A stretch of 64,000 nucleotides of DNA from Pristiophorus japonicus (taxonomy: Eukaryota), in contig NW_027253544.1 of assembly GCF_044704955.1 (NCBI RefSeq), positions 434,001 through 498,000 of the forward strand, in the 5' to 3' direction. Position numbers and translations under genes: made by a program. Positions 52,001 to 62,478 of the stretch are shown here, piece after piece (position 1 is the stretch's first letter; each line of letters opens with the position of its first letter). The notes under the pieces are model-generated. The model was given only the letters and a program-made list of their open reading frames with translations, was not told where the DNA came from and searched no databases.

Positions 52001-52345
52001 ACAGCAGCCCTGCGAGGGCCCAACAAATGATTTAACAATATCAGCTTTTACACCGAGACGATCAACCAGGGCAAGAAGGGCCCCAGATCGACTCACGTCG
52101 TGAATAGTTACACTATTGACTTTGGGAAGGAGTGTTATTTTTGTAAACTTGTAATTACTCTGTACAGCCACCAGCGGGCTCATCCCCTGGAGTCCCAAGG
52201 GATCCCATAAACCCTTGGGAGCACAGGTATTTAAGGAGGCCTCACGGGTTGGAGAGGTACTCTGGAGACCTGCAATAAAAGACTACGGGTCACACTTTAC
52301 TTTGAGCTCACAGTGATCAGCATGACTCTTTCTCCATACATAACA
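49056..52345 (+). mobile_element. Gypsy LTR retrotransposon 3' part (protease to IN + 3' LTR 52133-52345), same family as 43210-46065
   Basis: Starts at the protease motif SQSIM; RT/RH/IN fragments; LTR is the inverse of 43210-43411. Confidence 0.92.
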
Positions 52346-54200
52346 AACCACACTGCCAATTTTTGTATCATCTGCAAACTTCTTAATCATACCCCCTACA
52401 TTAAAGTCCAAATCATTGACATATACCACAAAAAGCAAGGAACTGAGTACTGAGCCTTGCGGTGCTCCACTGGAAACAGCCTTCCAGTCACAAAAACACC
52501 CATTGGCCATTAATACACTTTGCTTCCTACATCTGAGATTTTTTGGATCCTTTATTTCTTCCTTTTTCCTCAACCATGGATGCCCCTCTATCATGGTTAA
52601 CATGGCCCTCAACTGTGTCCATTCTATTTCCCTCATTATTCCCCAACCTGCTCGACCTTTCTTCATGTGACAATCCCTTCATCTCAGGAATCAACCTCGT
52701 GAACCTTCTTTGAACTGCCTCCAATGCAAGTATGTCCTTTCTTAAATAAGGAGAGCAAATCTGTACGCAGTACTCCAGGCGTGGTCTTACCAACACCCTG
52801 TACAGTTGTAGCAGGACTTCCTTACTGTTATAGTCCATCCATTTTGCAATAAAGGCCAACATTCCATTTGCCTTCCTAATTATTTGCTGTACCTGCATGC
52901 TATAACCTTTTGTGTTTCATGTACAAGGACCCACAGATCCCTCTGTACCGCAGCATTTTGTAATCTCTCCCCATTTAAATAATAATTTAATATCCTTCAG
53001 GACTGGGGCAGCTTGGTCAGTAGTGGTGCTACCGAGCCACTCTTGGTGATGGACATTGGAGTTCCCCACCCAGAGTACATTCTCTGCCCTTGCTGCTCTC
53101 AGTGCTTATTCCAAATGGTGTTCAATATTCAAGAGTACTGATTCATCAGCTGAGGGAGGGCAGTCGGTGGTAATCAGCAGGAGGTTTCCTTGCCCATGCT
53201 TGACCTGAAACCATGAGACTTCATGAGGTCCTTAGTCAATGTTGAGGACTCCCAGGGCCACTCCCTCCCAACTGTATACCACTATGCCATCACCACAAGT
53301 GGTTCTATCCTGCCGGTGGGACAAGACATACCCAGAGGTGGTGATGGAGGAGCCTGGGACATTGGCTGATAGATTTGATTCCGTGAGTATAACTGTCAGG
53401 TTGTTGCTTGACTAGTATGTGGGACAGCTCTCCCAATTTTGGCACAAGTTCCCAGATGTTAGTGAGAAGGACTTTGCAGGGTTGGCTGGGCTGGGTATTC
53501 CTTTGTCGTGTCTGAAGCTGGTGCTGAGGTAGATGCTGGGTGGTCTGTCCGGTTTTATTATTATTACTGTTTTTAGAGCCTAGTTAAGAGTTAACCATAT
53601 TGCTGTGGGACTGGAGTCACATATAGGCTAGACCGGGTAAGGGCGGCAGATTTCCTTCCCGAAAGGACATTAGTTTAGGTTTTTACGACAATCATGGAGT
53701 TTCATGGTGACCATTACTGACATTAGCTTTTTATTCCAGATTTTATTTATTTATGTAATTACTGACCGAATGCGATCAAGCTTGACTCCTAAATAGGAGG
53801 GTTTTGGGCATGGTTTACCTCAGTGCTGCAAAAGGAGACTTGATGGGTGTTGAGGTGGAATGAGGAGATGTCAGTCTCTTGATTTGTCCGAAGTTGCCAT
53901 CGGTGGAAGTAAGCCTCCATTCTCTGTAAACAACTGGTAAGGGTCACTTCGGTGATGGACAGCCTCTCCAGCACTTTATAACTAGTACAGAGGAAGGAGA
54001 TTGGGCAGTAGCTGGAGGCTTCACAAGTGTTCTTCCCCTGCTTCAGGAGGGCAATTAATTTAGTCTCCCTCCAAACCAGTGGAATTTTACCGGTTGCCAG
54101 TACCTCAGAGAAGGAGATCAACCATCTCTTCGCTTTGGGTCCCACCATCTGGACCAACAGCTTTTCCAGGTTTGATTGTCGACAGGGTTATTTTTGTACT
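52346..54200 (-). mobile_element. Patchwork of old LINE fragments (CR1 52346-52990; endonuclease-type remnant ~52995-53780; RT fragment 53789-54200)
   Basis: KFADD, LEYCVQ; WRETKLIALLKQGK..SYCPISFLCTSYKVLERL. Confidence 0.7.
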
Positions 54201-54232
54201 GACTTAAGACTGGATCAAAATTCTGAAACAAA

Positions 54233-57200
54233 ACATAGAAACATAGAAAATAGGTGCAGGAGTAGGCCATTCGGCCCTTCTAGCCTGCACCGCCATTCAA
54301 TGAGTTCATGGCTGAACATTCAACTTCAGTACCCCATTCCTGCTTTCTCGCCATACCCCTTGATCCCCCTAGCAGTAAGGACCTCATCTAACTCCTTTTT
54401 GAATATATTTAGTGAATTGGCCTCAACAACTTTCTGTGGTAGAGAATTCCACAGGTTCACCACTCTCTGGGTGAAGAAGTTCCTCCGCATCTCGGTCCTA
54501 AATGGCTTACCCCTTATCCTTAGACTGTGACCCCTGGTTCTGGACTTCCCCAACATTGGGAACATTCTTCCTGCATCTAACCTGTCTAACCCCGTCAGAA
54601 TTTTATATGTTTCTATGAGGTCCCCTCTCATTCTTCTGAACTCCAGTGAATACAAGCCCAGTTGATCCAGTCTTTCTTGATAGGTCAGTCCCGCCATCCC
54701 GGGAATCAGTCTGGTGAACCTTCGCTGCACTCCCTCAATAGCAAGAATGTCCTTCCTCAGGTTAGGAGACCAAAACTGTACACAATACTCCAGGTGTGGC
54801 CTCACCAATGCCCTGTACAACTGTAGCAACACCTCCCTGCCCCTGTACTCAAATCCCCTTGCTATGAAGGCCAACATGCCATTTGCTTTCTTAACCGCCT
54901 GCTGCACCTGCATGCCAACCTTCAATGACTGATGTACCATGACACCCAGGTCTCTTTGCACCTCCCCTTTTCCTAATCTGTCACCATTCAGATAATAGTC
55001 TGTCTCTCTGTTTTTACCACCAAAGTGGATAACCTCACATTTATCCACATTATACTTCATCTGCCATGCATTTGCCCACTCACCTAACCTATCCAAGTCG
55101 CTCTGCAGCCTCACAGCATCCTCCTCGCAGCTCACACTGCCACCCAACTTAGTGTCATCCGCAAATTTGGAGATACTACATTTAATCCCCTCATCTAAAT
55201 CATTAATGTACAGTGTAAACAGCTGGGGCCCCAGCACAGAACCTTGCGGTACCCCACTAGTCACTGCCTGCCATTCTGAAAAGTACCCATTTACTCCTAC
55301 TCTTTGCTTCCTGTCTGACAACCAGTTCTCAATCCATGTCAGTACACTACCCCCAATCCCATGTGCTCTAACTTTGCACATCAATCTCTTGTGTGGGACC
55401 TTGTCGAACGCCTTCTGAAAGTCCAAATATACCACATCAACTGGTTCTCCCTTATCCACTCTACTGGAAACATCCTCAAAAAATTCCAGAAGATTTGTCA
55501 AGCATGATTTCCCTTTCACAAATCCATGCTGACTTGGACCTATCATGTCACCTCTTTCCAAATGCACTGCTATGACATCCTTAATAATTGATTCCATCAT
55601 TTTACCCACTACCGATGTCAGGCTGACCGGTTTATAATTCCCTGTTTTCTCTCTCCCTCCTTTTTTAAAAAGTGGGGTTACATTGGCTACCCTCCACTCC
55701 ATAGGAACTGATCCAGAGTCAATGGAATGTTGGAAAATGACTGTCAACGCATCCACTATTTCCAAGGCCACCTCCTTAAGTACTCTGGGATGCAGTCCAT
55801 CAGGCCCTGGGGATTTATCGGCCTTCAATCCCATCAATTTCCCCAACACAATTTCCCGGCTAATAAGGATTTCCCTCAGTTCCTCCTCCTTACTAGACCC
55901 CCCGACCCCTTTTATAACCGGAAGGTTGTTCGTGTCCTCCTTCGTGAATACCGAACCAAAGTACTTGTTCAATTGGTCCGCCATTTCTTTGTTCCCCGTT
56001 ATGACTTCCCCTGATTCTGACTGCAGGGGACCTACATTTGTCTTTACTAACCTTTTTCTCTTTACATATCTATAGAAACTTTTGCAATCCGTCTTAATGT
56101 TCCCTGCAAGCTTCTTCTCATACTCCATTTTCCCTGCCCTAATCAAACCCTTTGTCCTCCTCTGCTGAGTTCTAAATTTCTCCCAGTCCCCAGGTTCGCT
56201 GCTATTTCTGGCCAATTTGTATGCCACTTCCTTGGCTTTAATACTATCCCTGATTTCCCTTGATAGCCACGGTTGAGCCACCTTCCCTTTTTTATTTCTA
56301 TGCCAGACAGGAATGTACAATTGTTGTAGTTCATCCATGCGGTCTCTAAATGTCTGCCATTGCCCATCCACAGTCAACCCCTTAAGTATCATTCGCCAAT
56401 CCATCTCAGCCAATTCACGCCTCATACCTTCAAAGTTAGCCTTCTTTACGTTCTGGACCATGGTCTCTGAATTAACTGTTTCATTCTCCATCCTAATGCA
56501 GAATTCCACCATATTATGGTCACTCTTCCCCAAGGGGCCTCGCACAACGAGATTGCTAATTAATCCTTTCTCATTACATAACACCCAGTCTAAGATGGCC
56601 TCCCCCCTAGTTGGTTCCTCGACATATTGGTCTAAAAAACCATCCCTTATGCACTCCAGAAAATCCTCCTCCACCGTATTGCTTCCAGTTTGGTTAGCCC
56701 AATCTATGTGCATATTAAAGTCACCCATTATAACTGCTGCACCTTTATTGCACGCACCCCTAATTTCCTGTTTGATGCCCTCCCCAACATCACTACTACT
56801 GTTTGGAGGTCTGTACACAACTCCCACTAACGATTTTTGCCCTTTGGTGTTCTGCAGCTCTACCCATATAGATTCCACATCATCCAAGCTAATGTCCTTC
56901 CTAACTATTGCCTTAATCTCCTCCTTAACCAGCAATGCTACCCCACCTCCTTTTCCTTTTATTCTATCCTTCCTGAATGTTGAATACCCCTGGATGTTGA
57001 GTTCCCAGCCCTGCTCATCCTGGAGCCACGTCTCCGTAATCCCAATCACATCATATTTGTTAACATCTATTTGCACAGTTAATTCATCCACCTTATTGCG
57101 GATACTCCTTGCATTAAGACACAAAGCCTTTAGGCTTGTTTTTTTAACACCCTCTGTCCTTTTAGAATTTTGCTGTACAATGGCCCTTTTTGTTCTTTGC

Positions 57201-58050
57201 CTTGGGTTTCTCTGCCCTCCACTTTTCCTCATCTCCTTTCTGTCTTTTGTTTTTGCCTCCTTTTTGTTTCCCTCTATCTCCCTGCATTGGTTCCCATCCC
57301 CCTGCCATATTAGTTTAACTCCTCCCCAACAGCACTAGCAAACACTCCCCCGAGGACATTGGTTCCGATTCTGCCCAGGTGCAGACCGTCCGGATTGTAC
57401 TGGTCCCACCTCCCCCAGAACAGGTTCCAATGCCCCAGGAATTTGAATCCCTCCCTGCTGCACCATTGCTCAAGCCACGTATTCATCTGAGCTATCCTGC
57501 GATTCCTACTCTGACTAGCACGTGGCACTGGTAGCAATCCCGAGAATACTACTTTTGAGGTCCTACTTTTTAATTTAGCTCCTAGCTCCTTAAATTCATT
57601 TCGTAGGAACTCATCCCTTTTTTTACCTATGTCATTGGTACCAACGTGCACCACGACAACTGGCTGTTCTCCCTCCCTTTTTAGAATGTCCTCCACCCGC
57701 TCCGAGACATCCTTGACCCTTGCACCAGGGAGGCAACATACCATCCTGGAGTCTCGGTTGCGGCCGCAGAAACGCCTATCTATTCCCCTTACAATTGAAT
57801 CCCCTATCACTATCGCTCTTCCACTCTTTTTCCTGCCCTCCTGTGCAACAGAGCCAGCCACGGTGCCATGAACTTGGCTGCTGCTGCCCTCCCCTGATGA
57901 GTCATCCCCCTCAACAGTACTCAAAGCAGTGTATCTGTTTTGCAGTGGGATGACCACAGGGGACCCCTGCACTACCTTCCTTGCACTACTCTTCCTGCTG
58001 GTCTTCCATTCCCTCGCTGGCTGTGGACCCTTCTCCTGCAGTAAGACCAA
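54233..58050 (-). mobile_element. Young CR1 LINE, truncated within ORF1, intact ORF2 and 3' tail
   Basis: ORF1 fragment 57310-58050; tail (TTTCTATG)n at ~54233-54250. Confidence 0.96.
54326..57232 (-). CDS. CR1 ORF2: APE endonuclease + reverse transcriptase, 968 aa uninterrupted
   Basis: LNARS, ITETW, GDFN, SDH (APE); [25 protein letters not shown] (RT). Confidence 0.96.
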   Translation of the reverse strand: MRKSGGQRNPRQRTKRAIVQQNSKRTEGVKKTSLKALCLNARSIRNKVDELTVQIDVNKYDVIGITETWLQDEQGWELNIQGYSTFRKDRIKGKGGGVALLVKEEIKAIVRKDISLDDVESIWVELQNTKGQKSLVGVVYRPPNSSSDVGEGIKQEIRGACNKGAAVIMGDFNMHIDWANQTGSNTVEEDFLECIRDGFLDQYVEEPTRGEAILDWVLCNEKGLISNLVVRGPLGKSDHNMVEFCIRMENETVNSETMVQNVKKANFEGMRRELAEMDWRMILKGLTVDGQWQTFRDRMDELQQLYIPVWHRNKKGKVAQPWLSREIRDSIKAKEVAYKLARNSSEPGDWEKFRTQQRRTKGLIRAGKMEYEKKLAGNIKTDCKSFYRYVKRKRLVKTNVGPLQSESGEVITGNKEMADQLNKYFGSVFTKEDTNNLPVIKGVGGSSKEEELREILISREIVLGKLMGLKADKSPGPDGLHPRVLKEVALEIVDALTVIFQHSIDSGSVPMEWRVANVTPLFKKGGREKTGNYKPVSLTSVVGKMMESIIKDVIAVHLERGDMIGPSQHGFVKGKSCLTNLLEFFEDVSSRVDKGEPVDVVYLDFQKAFDKVPHKRLMCKVRAHGIGGSVLTWIENWLSDRKQRVGVNGYFSEWQAVTSGVPQGSVLGPQLFTLYINDLDEGIKCSISKFADDTKLGGSVSCEEDAVRLQSDLDRLGEWANAWQMKYNVDKCEVIHFGGKNRETDYYLNGDRLGKGEVQRDLGVMVHQSLKVGMQVQQAVKKANGMLAFIARGFEYRGREVLLQLYRALVRPHLEYCVQFWSPNLRKDILAIEGVQRRFTRLIPGMAGLTYQERLDQLGLYSLEFRRMRGDLIETYKILTGLDRLDAGRMFPMLGKSRTRGHSLRIRGKPFRTEMRRNFFTQRVVNLWNSLPQKVVEANSLNIFKKELDEVLTARGIKGYGEKAGMGY

Positions 58051-58072
58051 GGTAGATGCAATCCATTATCAT

Positions 58073-58078
58073 TTTATT
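58073..58078 (-). terminator. Putative polyadenylation signal AATAAA of the minus-strand receptor gene
   Basis: About 215 nt downstream of the TGA at 58293. Confidence 0.45.
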
Positions 58079-58292
58079 CTGAAGGGTTGGTTTGATTTGG
58101 CTTAACTCATTATATTGACATGAATTGCTATATTGGCATCAATCACTAACTTAGTTTGAATTACTATATTTGATATAGTTACCATGTATGTCGAGTTGGA
58201 ATCCGCTTGAAGATCACTTGATTTCTGTAATTTAAAACAAATGTTTGGAATCAGACTGAATCCATTAACTGAGTCCATGTAGCTTGTCTGTC

Positions 58293-58592
58293 TCATCGGA
58301 GAACTCTGCAATGGGTGGTGTGATCTAATCTGTGAGACAGGCTTCTGAAATGAAGAGAGTAACTCTCTCTGATATTTGCCGTGATACTTCTCCACATGGC
58401 TACAGATTGGTACAGGCAGCTTTCTCCGTGGGCCATAGATGGAATGGCAATATCTGCTCCATCACTCCTCTGAAGCCTGAGGTGGCTCACATGCACCTGA
58501 TCCTTGGGCCTGAACGTCACTGCGAATATAGCAGATGCTGTAGAGCTTGGTGCCCGATGCAGGGTGTAATAAGCCTGCAGCTGAGCCCTAGT
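58293..58592 (-). CDS. Receptor cytoplasmic terminal exon (phase 0, 99 aa; QAYYTL, CLYQSV, ESYSLH)
   Basis: Acceptor ctctctcactcacctgacag/, open 100 codons to TGA, phase matches the upstream exon. Confidence 0.65.
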   Translation of the reverse strand, partial: TRAQLQAYYTLHRAPSSTASAIFAVTFRPKDQVHVSHLRLQRSDGADIAIPSMAHGESCLYQSVAMWRSITANIRESYSLHFRSLSHRLDHTTHCRVLR

Positions 58593-58754
58593 CTGTCAGG
58601 TGAGTGAGAGAGGCTTTTAAAATGGATTCTGCTTTTTCACCTACAAAGCACATATATTCTGCTTGTTTCACTTAAAACAGCATGTGTTCTACCTGCTCAA
58701 AATAAACCCTGTCCAAGGGCAGTTGTGATAGCTGCTGATGTTGCCCCCATAAAG

Positions 58755-59940
58755 ACATGACATAGGATTACATCGGATATATGGCACAGAAACAGGCCAT
58801 TTGGCCCAACCAGTCCATGCCAGCGTTTATGCTCCACTCGAGCTTCCTCCCATCCTTCCTCATCTAAATTTATCAATATTACCCTCTATTCCCTTCTCCC
58901 TCATATTGTCTGGCCTCCCCTTAAATACATCGATACTATTCGTTTCAACCACTCCCTGTGGTAGCGAGTTCCACATTCTCACCATTCTCTCGGTAAATAA
59001 ATTTCTTTTGAATTCCCTATTGGATTTCTTGATGGCTATCTTATATTGATGGCCTCTAGTTATGCTCTTACCCACAAGTGGAAACATTCTCTATCCACTC
59101 TATCAAAACCGTTCATAAATTTAAAGCCCTCTGAGACTACCCCTCAGCCGAAGTTTTTCAAGAGAAAAGAGACCTAATCTGTTCATTCATTCTTGATAGG
59201 TATACCTTGCATTTCTGGTATCATCTTGTAAATCTTCTCTGCACCCTCTCCAGTGCCTCTTTATTTCCTTGTTATGATATGACGACCAGAACTGTACGCA
59301 ATACTCTAAGGGTTAGAAATTCAATTTTGTTTTAATACCGCTATGACTCTGCTACTGCTACGAGGCCTAACATTCAGGATAAAATGCGCCCAGGGGTAAA
59401 AATCGGCGTTGCACAAGGATTCGTGGCGCAAATCGCAAATTTGCTGCAACTTTCCTCCGAGGCCGATACCGCTACGAGTTGGGCCTAGGGAGGGTGGAAA
59501 ACACCCCCAAAAATTGCAAAAGAATAAAAAAAATCACAAGATACTTAGCTATCGAAAATAATTTAAAAATAAAAACTGTAACTTACCTTTTTTGCAGGTC
59601 TTCATACCTACCGCTGTTCCAAGGGCTGCAACGCAGACGGGAGCGCTGAGAATCAGAGGACACAGATTTAAGGTGATTGACAAAAGAACCAAAGGCAACA
59701 TGAGGGAAAGCTTTTTTACGCAGCGAGTGGTTGGGATATGGAATGCGCTGCCTGAAAGGGGGGTGGAGGCAGATTCAGTTATGGCTTTCAAAAGGGAATT
59801 GGATAAGGACCTGAAGGGAAAAAAATTGCAGGGCTACAGGGAACGGGCGGCTGTGTGGGACGAGCTTAAGTGCTCTTCCAGAGAGCCAGCACAGGCTCAA
59901 TGGGCCGAATGGCCTCCTGCGCTTTAACTATTCTATGACT
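58755..59940. mobile_element. Intronic CR1 3' fragments (58755-59308 minus; 59648-59940 plus) and a MITE remnant (59309-59648)
   Basis: TRGH..FFTQRVV..WNSLP motifs and tails. Confidence 0.8.
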
Positions 59941-60239
59941 CGAATTGGAAAAACTCAGTGTTTCAACTAGTGTACTGTATAAGGGCTTCATTGGGTTTCC
60001 TTTTAAGGTAAGATGTTGACACTATGGTCTAAAGGGATGTGGGCATGAAAAACCTCAAGCCAGCAGAAGTGTTGTATGCAGGATGCAGAGTAAGGGCTCT
60101 ACTCAGGTCAGGATCTGCAGAGCTTGTATATTGAGACCACGTTCCCAACAAATAGTTCTGTGTATTTGGACCAATGCAGTGGTGGGAATTGGGAGTTCTC
60201 TGTATGAAGGGAGTCCTATGTTACCGGCCTGATAGTTAC

Positions 60240-60578
60240 CTCCTTGGAGAGATGAGGTTTAATCTGTCTTTGGTTTGCATAGAGTTCAGAACCAGTCGGT
60301 GCCAATAAAGTCTTGTTGCTGGTTGGTGGTGCTAAATTCTTAAAGGGTAAAAAGCGCCTCGGTGATGATTGGTGCTGGTGACCTCTTGGTGCCGACTGAT
60401 GCTGGTGAGTCCATTGTGTTGGTTGAAGTTGCTGATCCTTCAGTTCTCGGCAATGCTGGTGTTTCTCAAGCACTTGTTCAGTCTTGCTTTGTCCTGAAAT
60501 GAAGCGTCTAGTTTGGTATTTTCTGGAGGTACATGCTTCTCTGTTGGCAGATCTCAACTCCTTGGGCTTCTGGGAAAA
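60240..60578 (-). CDS. Receptor cytoplasmic exon (phase 0-0, 113 aa; contains ELYANQ)
   Basis: Strong acceptor tttcttgctttccttttttcag/, donor GAG/gtaact; only phase 0 is open. Confidence 0.75.
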
Positions 60579-60661
60579 CTGAAAAAAGGAAAGCAAGAAA
60601 TCCAGATAGGTCACTTTAGGCAACAGCATATTTGGTACTTTAGTGTCTCTCAACAATCTAA

Positions 60662-60925
60662 GGTGTCTGTCTTGGCTCAGTTGGTAGCACTCTCATCTCT
60701 GAATCAGAAGGTCGTGTGTTCAACATAAGAACATAAGAATTAGGTACAGGAGTCGGCCATTTGGCCCCTCGAGCCTGCTCCGCCATTCAGTAAGATCATT
60801 GCTGATCTTCGACCTCGACTCCACTTTCCCGCACTATCCCCATATCCCTCGATTGCCTTAATATCCAAAAATCTATCGATCTCTGTCTTGAACATACTCA
60901 ACGACTGAGCCTCCACATTCAAGTC
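60662..60925. mobile_element. tRNA-derived SINE head interrupted by a CR1 tail (60723-60917, minus)
   Basis: tggctcagttggtagcactctc..gaaggtcgtgtgttcaa (A/B boxes); ttcaa repeated on both sides of the insert. Confidence 0.7.
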
Positions 60926-61607
60926 TAGAGAACGATCTCTGTGCTGGAACGGACAGGCCCAAAGCTCACCCAATATCGGGCTTCTCATTTACACCAAACC
61001 GACGAGCTGCAGACACCTACTCGGATCTCCCCAGGCAGCACGGCGTTGAAGAGTATTTGAATTTGTGGTTACTGCATCAGGTATAGGTCTCGGGAGAAGG
61101 GGATGTGCCCGGGAGAGGGGGGAATCTGGACAGGTGGGTGGGGGGGCACTCCTGCACCTGTCGGCTCCACATTCATGAAAGCATTTATTTTAAACTTGCC
61201 CTTTTGCTGGTGGCCTCCAGCGGCTCCATTGAGGGGCGCTGGTTAGGCCGCAGGAAAACCTGGTTTTCTTGAATGTAGCCGGCCTGGTGCCAGCTGTGTT
61301 CAGGCAAACCAGTTTGGTAAAGGAAGCATCAACCAGGCACTCGGCCCCTGATTTGCAAATGCAAAGGACTAATGGCTGTTTCAGACGTGGGCCTTGGATG
61401 CCTCTTTTGATGCCTATACCAATATGGTGGGCGGCGCACACCCAACGTGGAATGTACACGTGCTGCTTGACCACTACACTGGACATTTTGGCGCCCGTTT
61501 TATGCCTGTAAAATGGATTCAAAGTCATCGAATTTCTAGGCCCTAATGCTTTAAATACTCCAGAACATTAACAAAAGGCTGGCACTGGGCCAACCAACTC
61601 GACTCAC

Positions 61608-61681
61608 TTGTGAGCGTCCGGGAAGAGAGGTATTTTTATAATCGCGTGCTGGCAATGTAGTAGCAGTGTGGACAGACGGGG
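61608..61681 (-). CDS. Receptor cytoplasmic exon (phase 1-0; SPSVHTATTLPARDYKNTSLPGRSQ)
   Basis: Acceptor gatttcctttacag/, donor CAA/gtgagt, 74 nt bridging phase 1 to phase 0. Confidence 0.75.
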
Positions 61682-62201
61682 CTGTAAAGGAAATCACAGA
61701 ATGTCACCAACACCGAGTGTAGATAGGAACACGCAAACATGGAGGTTGGGGAAAGTCCATTGCAGTCCATTGGGTGGTCCCAAAGTTCACAAAAACCCAA
61801 ACTGTACTGTCGTCCATAGCCCAAAACACTTCTTTCACCAAAAGAATCTACTCAGCTCCCTCTTGAATTCACTAATACTCTCACCTTTCAATGACTGAAA
61901 CAATAGAAAAATACTAAGCATGCTGGAAATCTGAAATAAAAACAGAAAACGCTGGAAATACTCACAGCACCTATGAATGCCCATCTTTCCCTGGCTGTGT
62001 ACTTGCTTAAAAACTGTCCATCTCTAACCCCTTCCAGTTCTGACAAAAGGTCATCATCCTGAAATGTTAACTCTGTTTCTCGCTGCACAGTTGCTGCTGA
62101 TCTGCAGAGTATTTCCAGTATTTTCTGTTCTTATCCCTTCAATGACTATGGGCAGCTGATCCAGATGTGGTAGTTACCGTGAAATATTTATTTAAACGTA
62201 C

Positions 62202-62336
62202 AGGATTGCAGTTTCCCGAACCATGCCTGTCTGATACAGAAGACAAGAGCAACTCCAGCAATGAGAGTAAGTCCCAGCACAGCCCCCACACTGATCCAGA
62301 CAATCCTCAGGTCTTCATCCATTTGGACATTAGGAT
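62202..62336 (-). CDS. Transmembrane exon (phase 1-1): NPNVQMDEDLR-IVWISVGAVLGLTLIAGVALVFCI-RQAWFGKLQS
   Basis: Acceptor ccctctcactttcacag/ 142 nt after the V3 donor; 24 uncharged hydrophobic residues with GxxxG; donor T/gtacgt; 135 nt. Confidence 0.88.
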
Positions 62337-62478
62337 CTGTGAAAGTGAGAGGGACATGTAAGGGACTGGACTAACAGAATAAGGTATTTGCCATCAAATA
62401 TTGGACCTTTACCAGCCCTGATCCACAAGGTGATGTCAGACGCAGATATAATATTATTACAATGTGAACTGTACTTAC

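Noticed and set aside
47607-57338. Long antisense ORFs over CR1 ORF2 (233 aa, 341 aa)
   Set aside because: Shadow frames of LINE coding sequence with no independent motifs
58332-58607. Plus-strand RVTLS..C and DWYRQL resembling a fourth decayed V exon ending in cag/gtgagt
   Set aside because: Motifs are in different frames, there is no D-x-x-x-Y-x-C, and the region is explained as the antisense of the terminal cytoplasmic exon and its acceptor
60662-60725. tRNA gene
   Set aside because: Only a degenerate tRNA-derived SINE head, interrupted by a CR1 tail
62204-62266. Apparent plus-strand hinge exon GLQFPEPCLSDTEDKSNSSNE with cag/ and /gtaagt
   Set aside because: It is the antisense of the much better supported minus-strand TM exon
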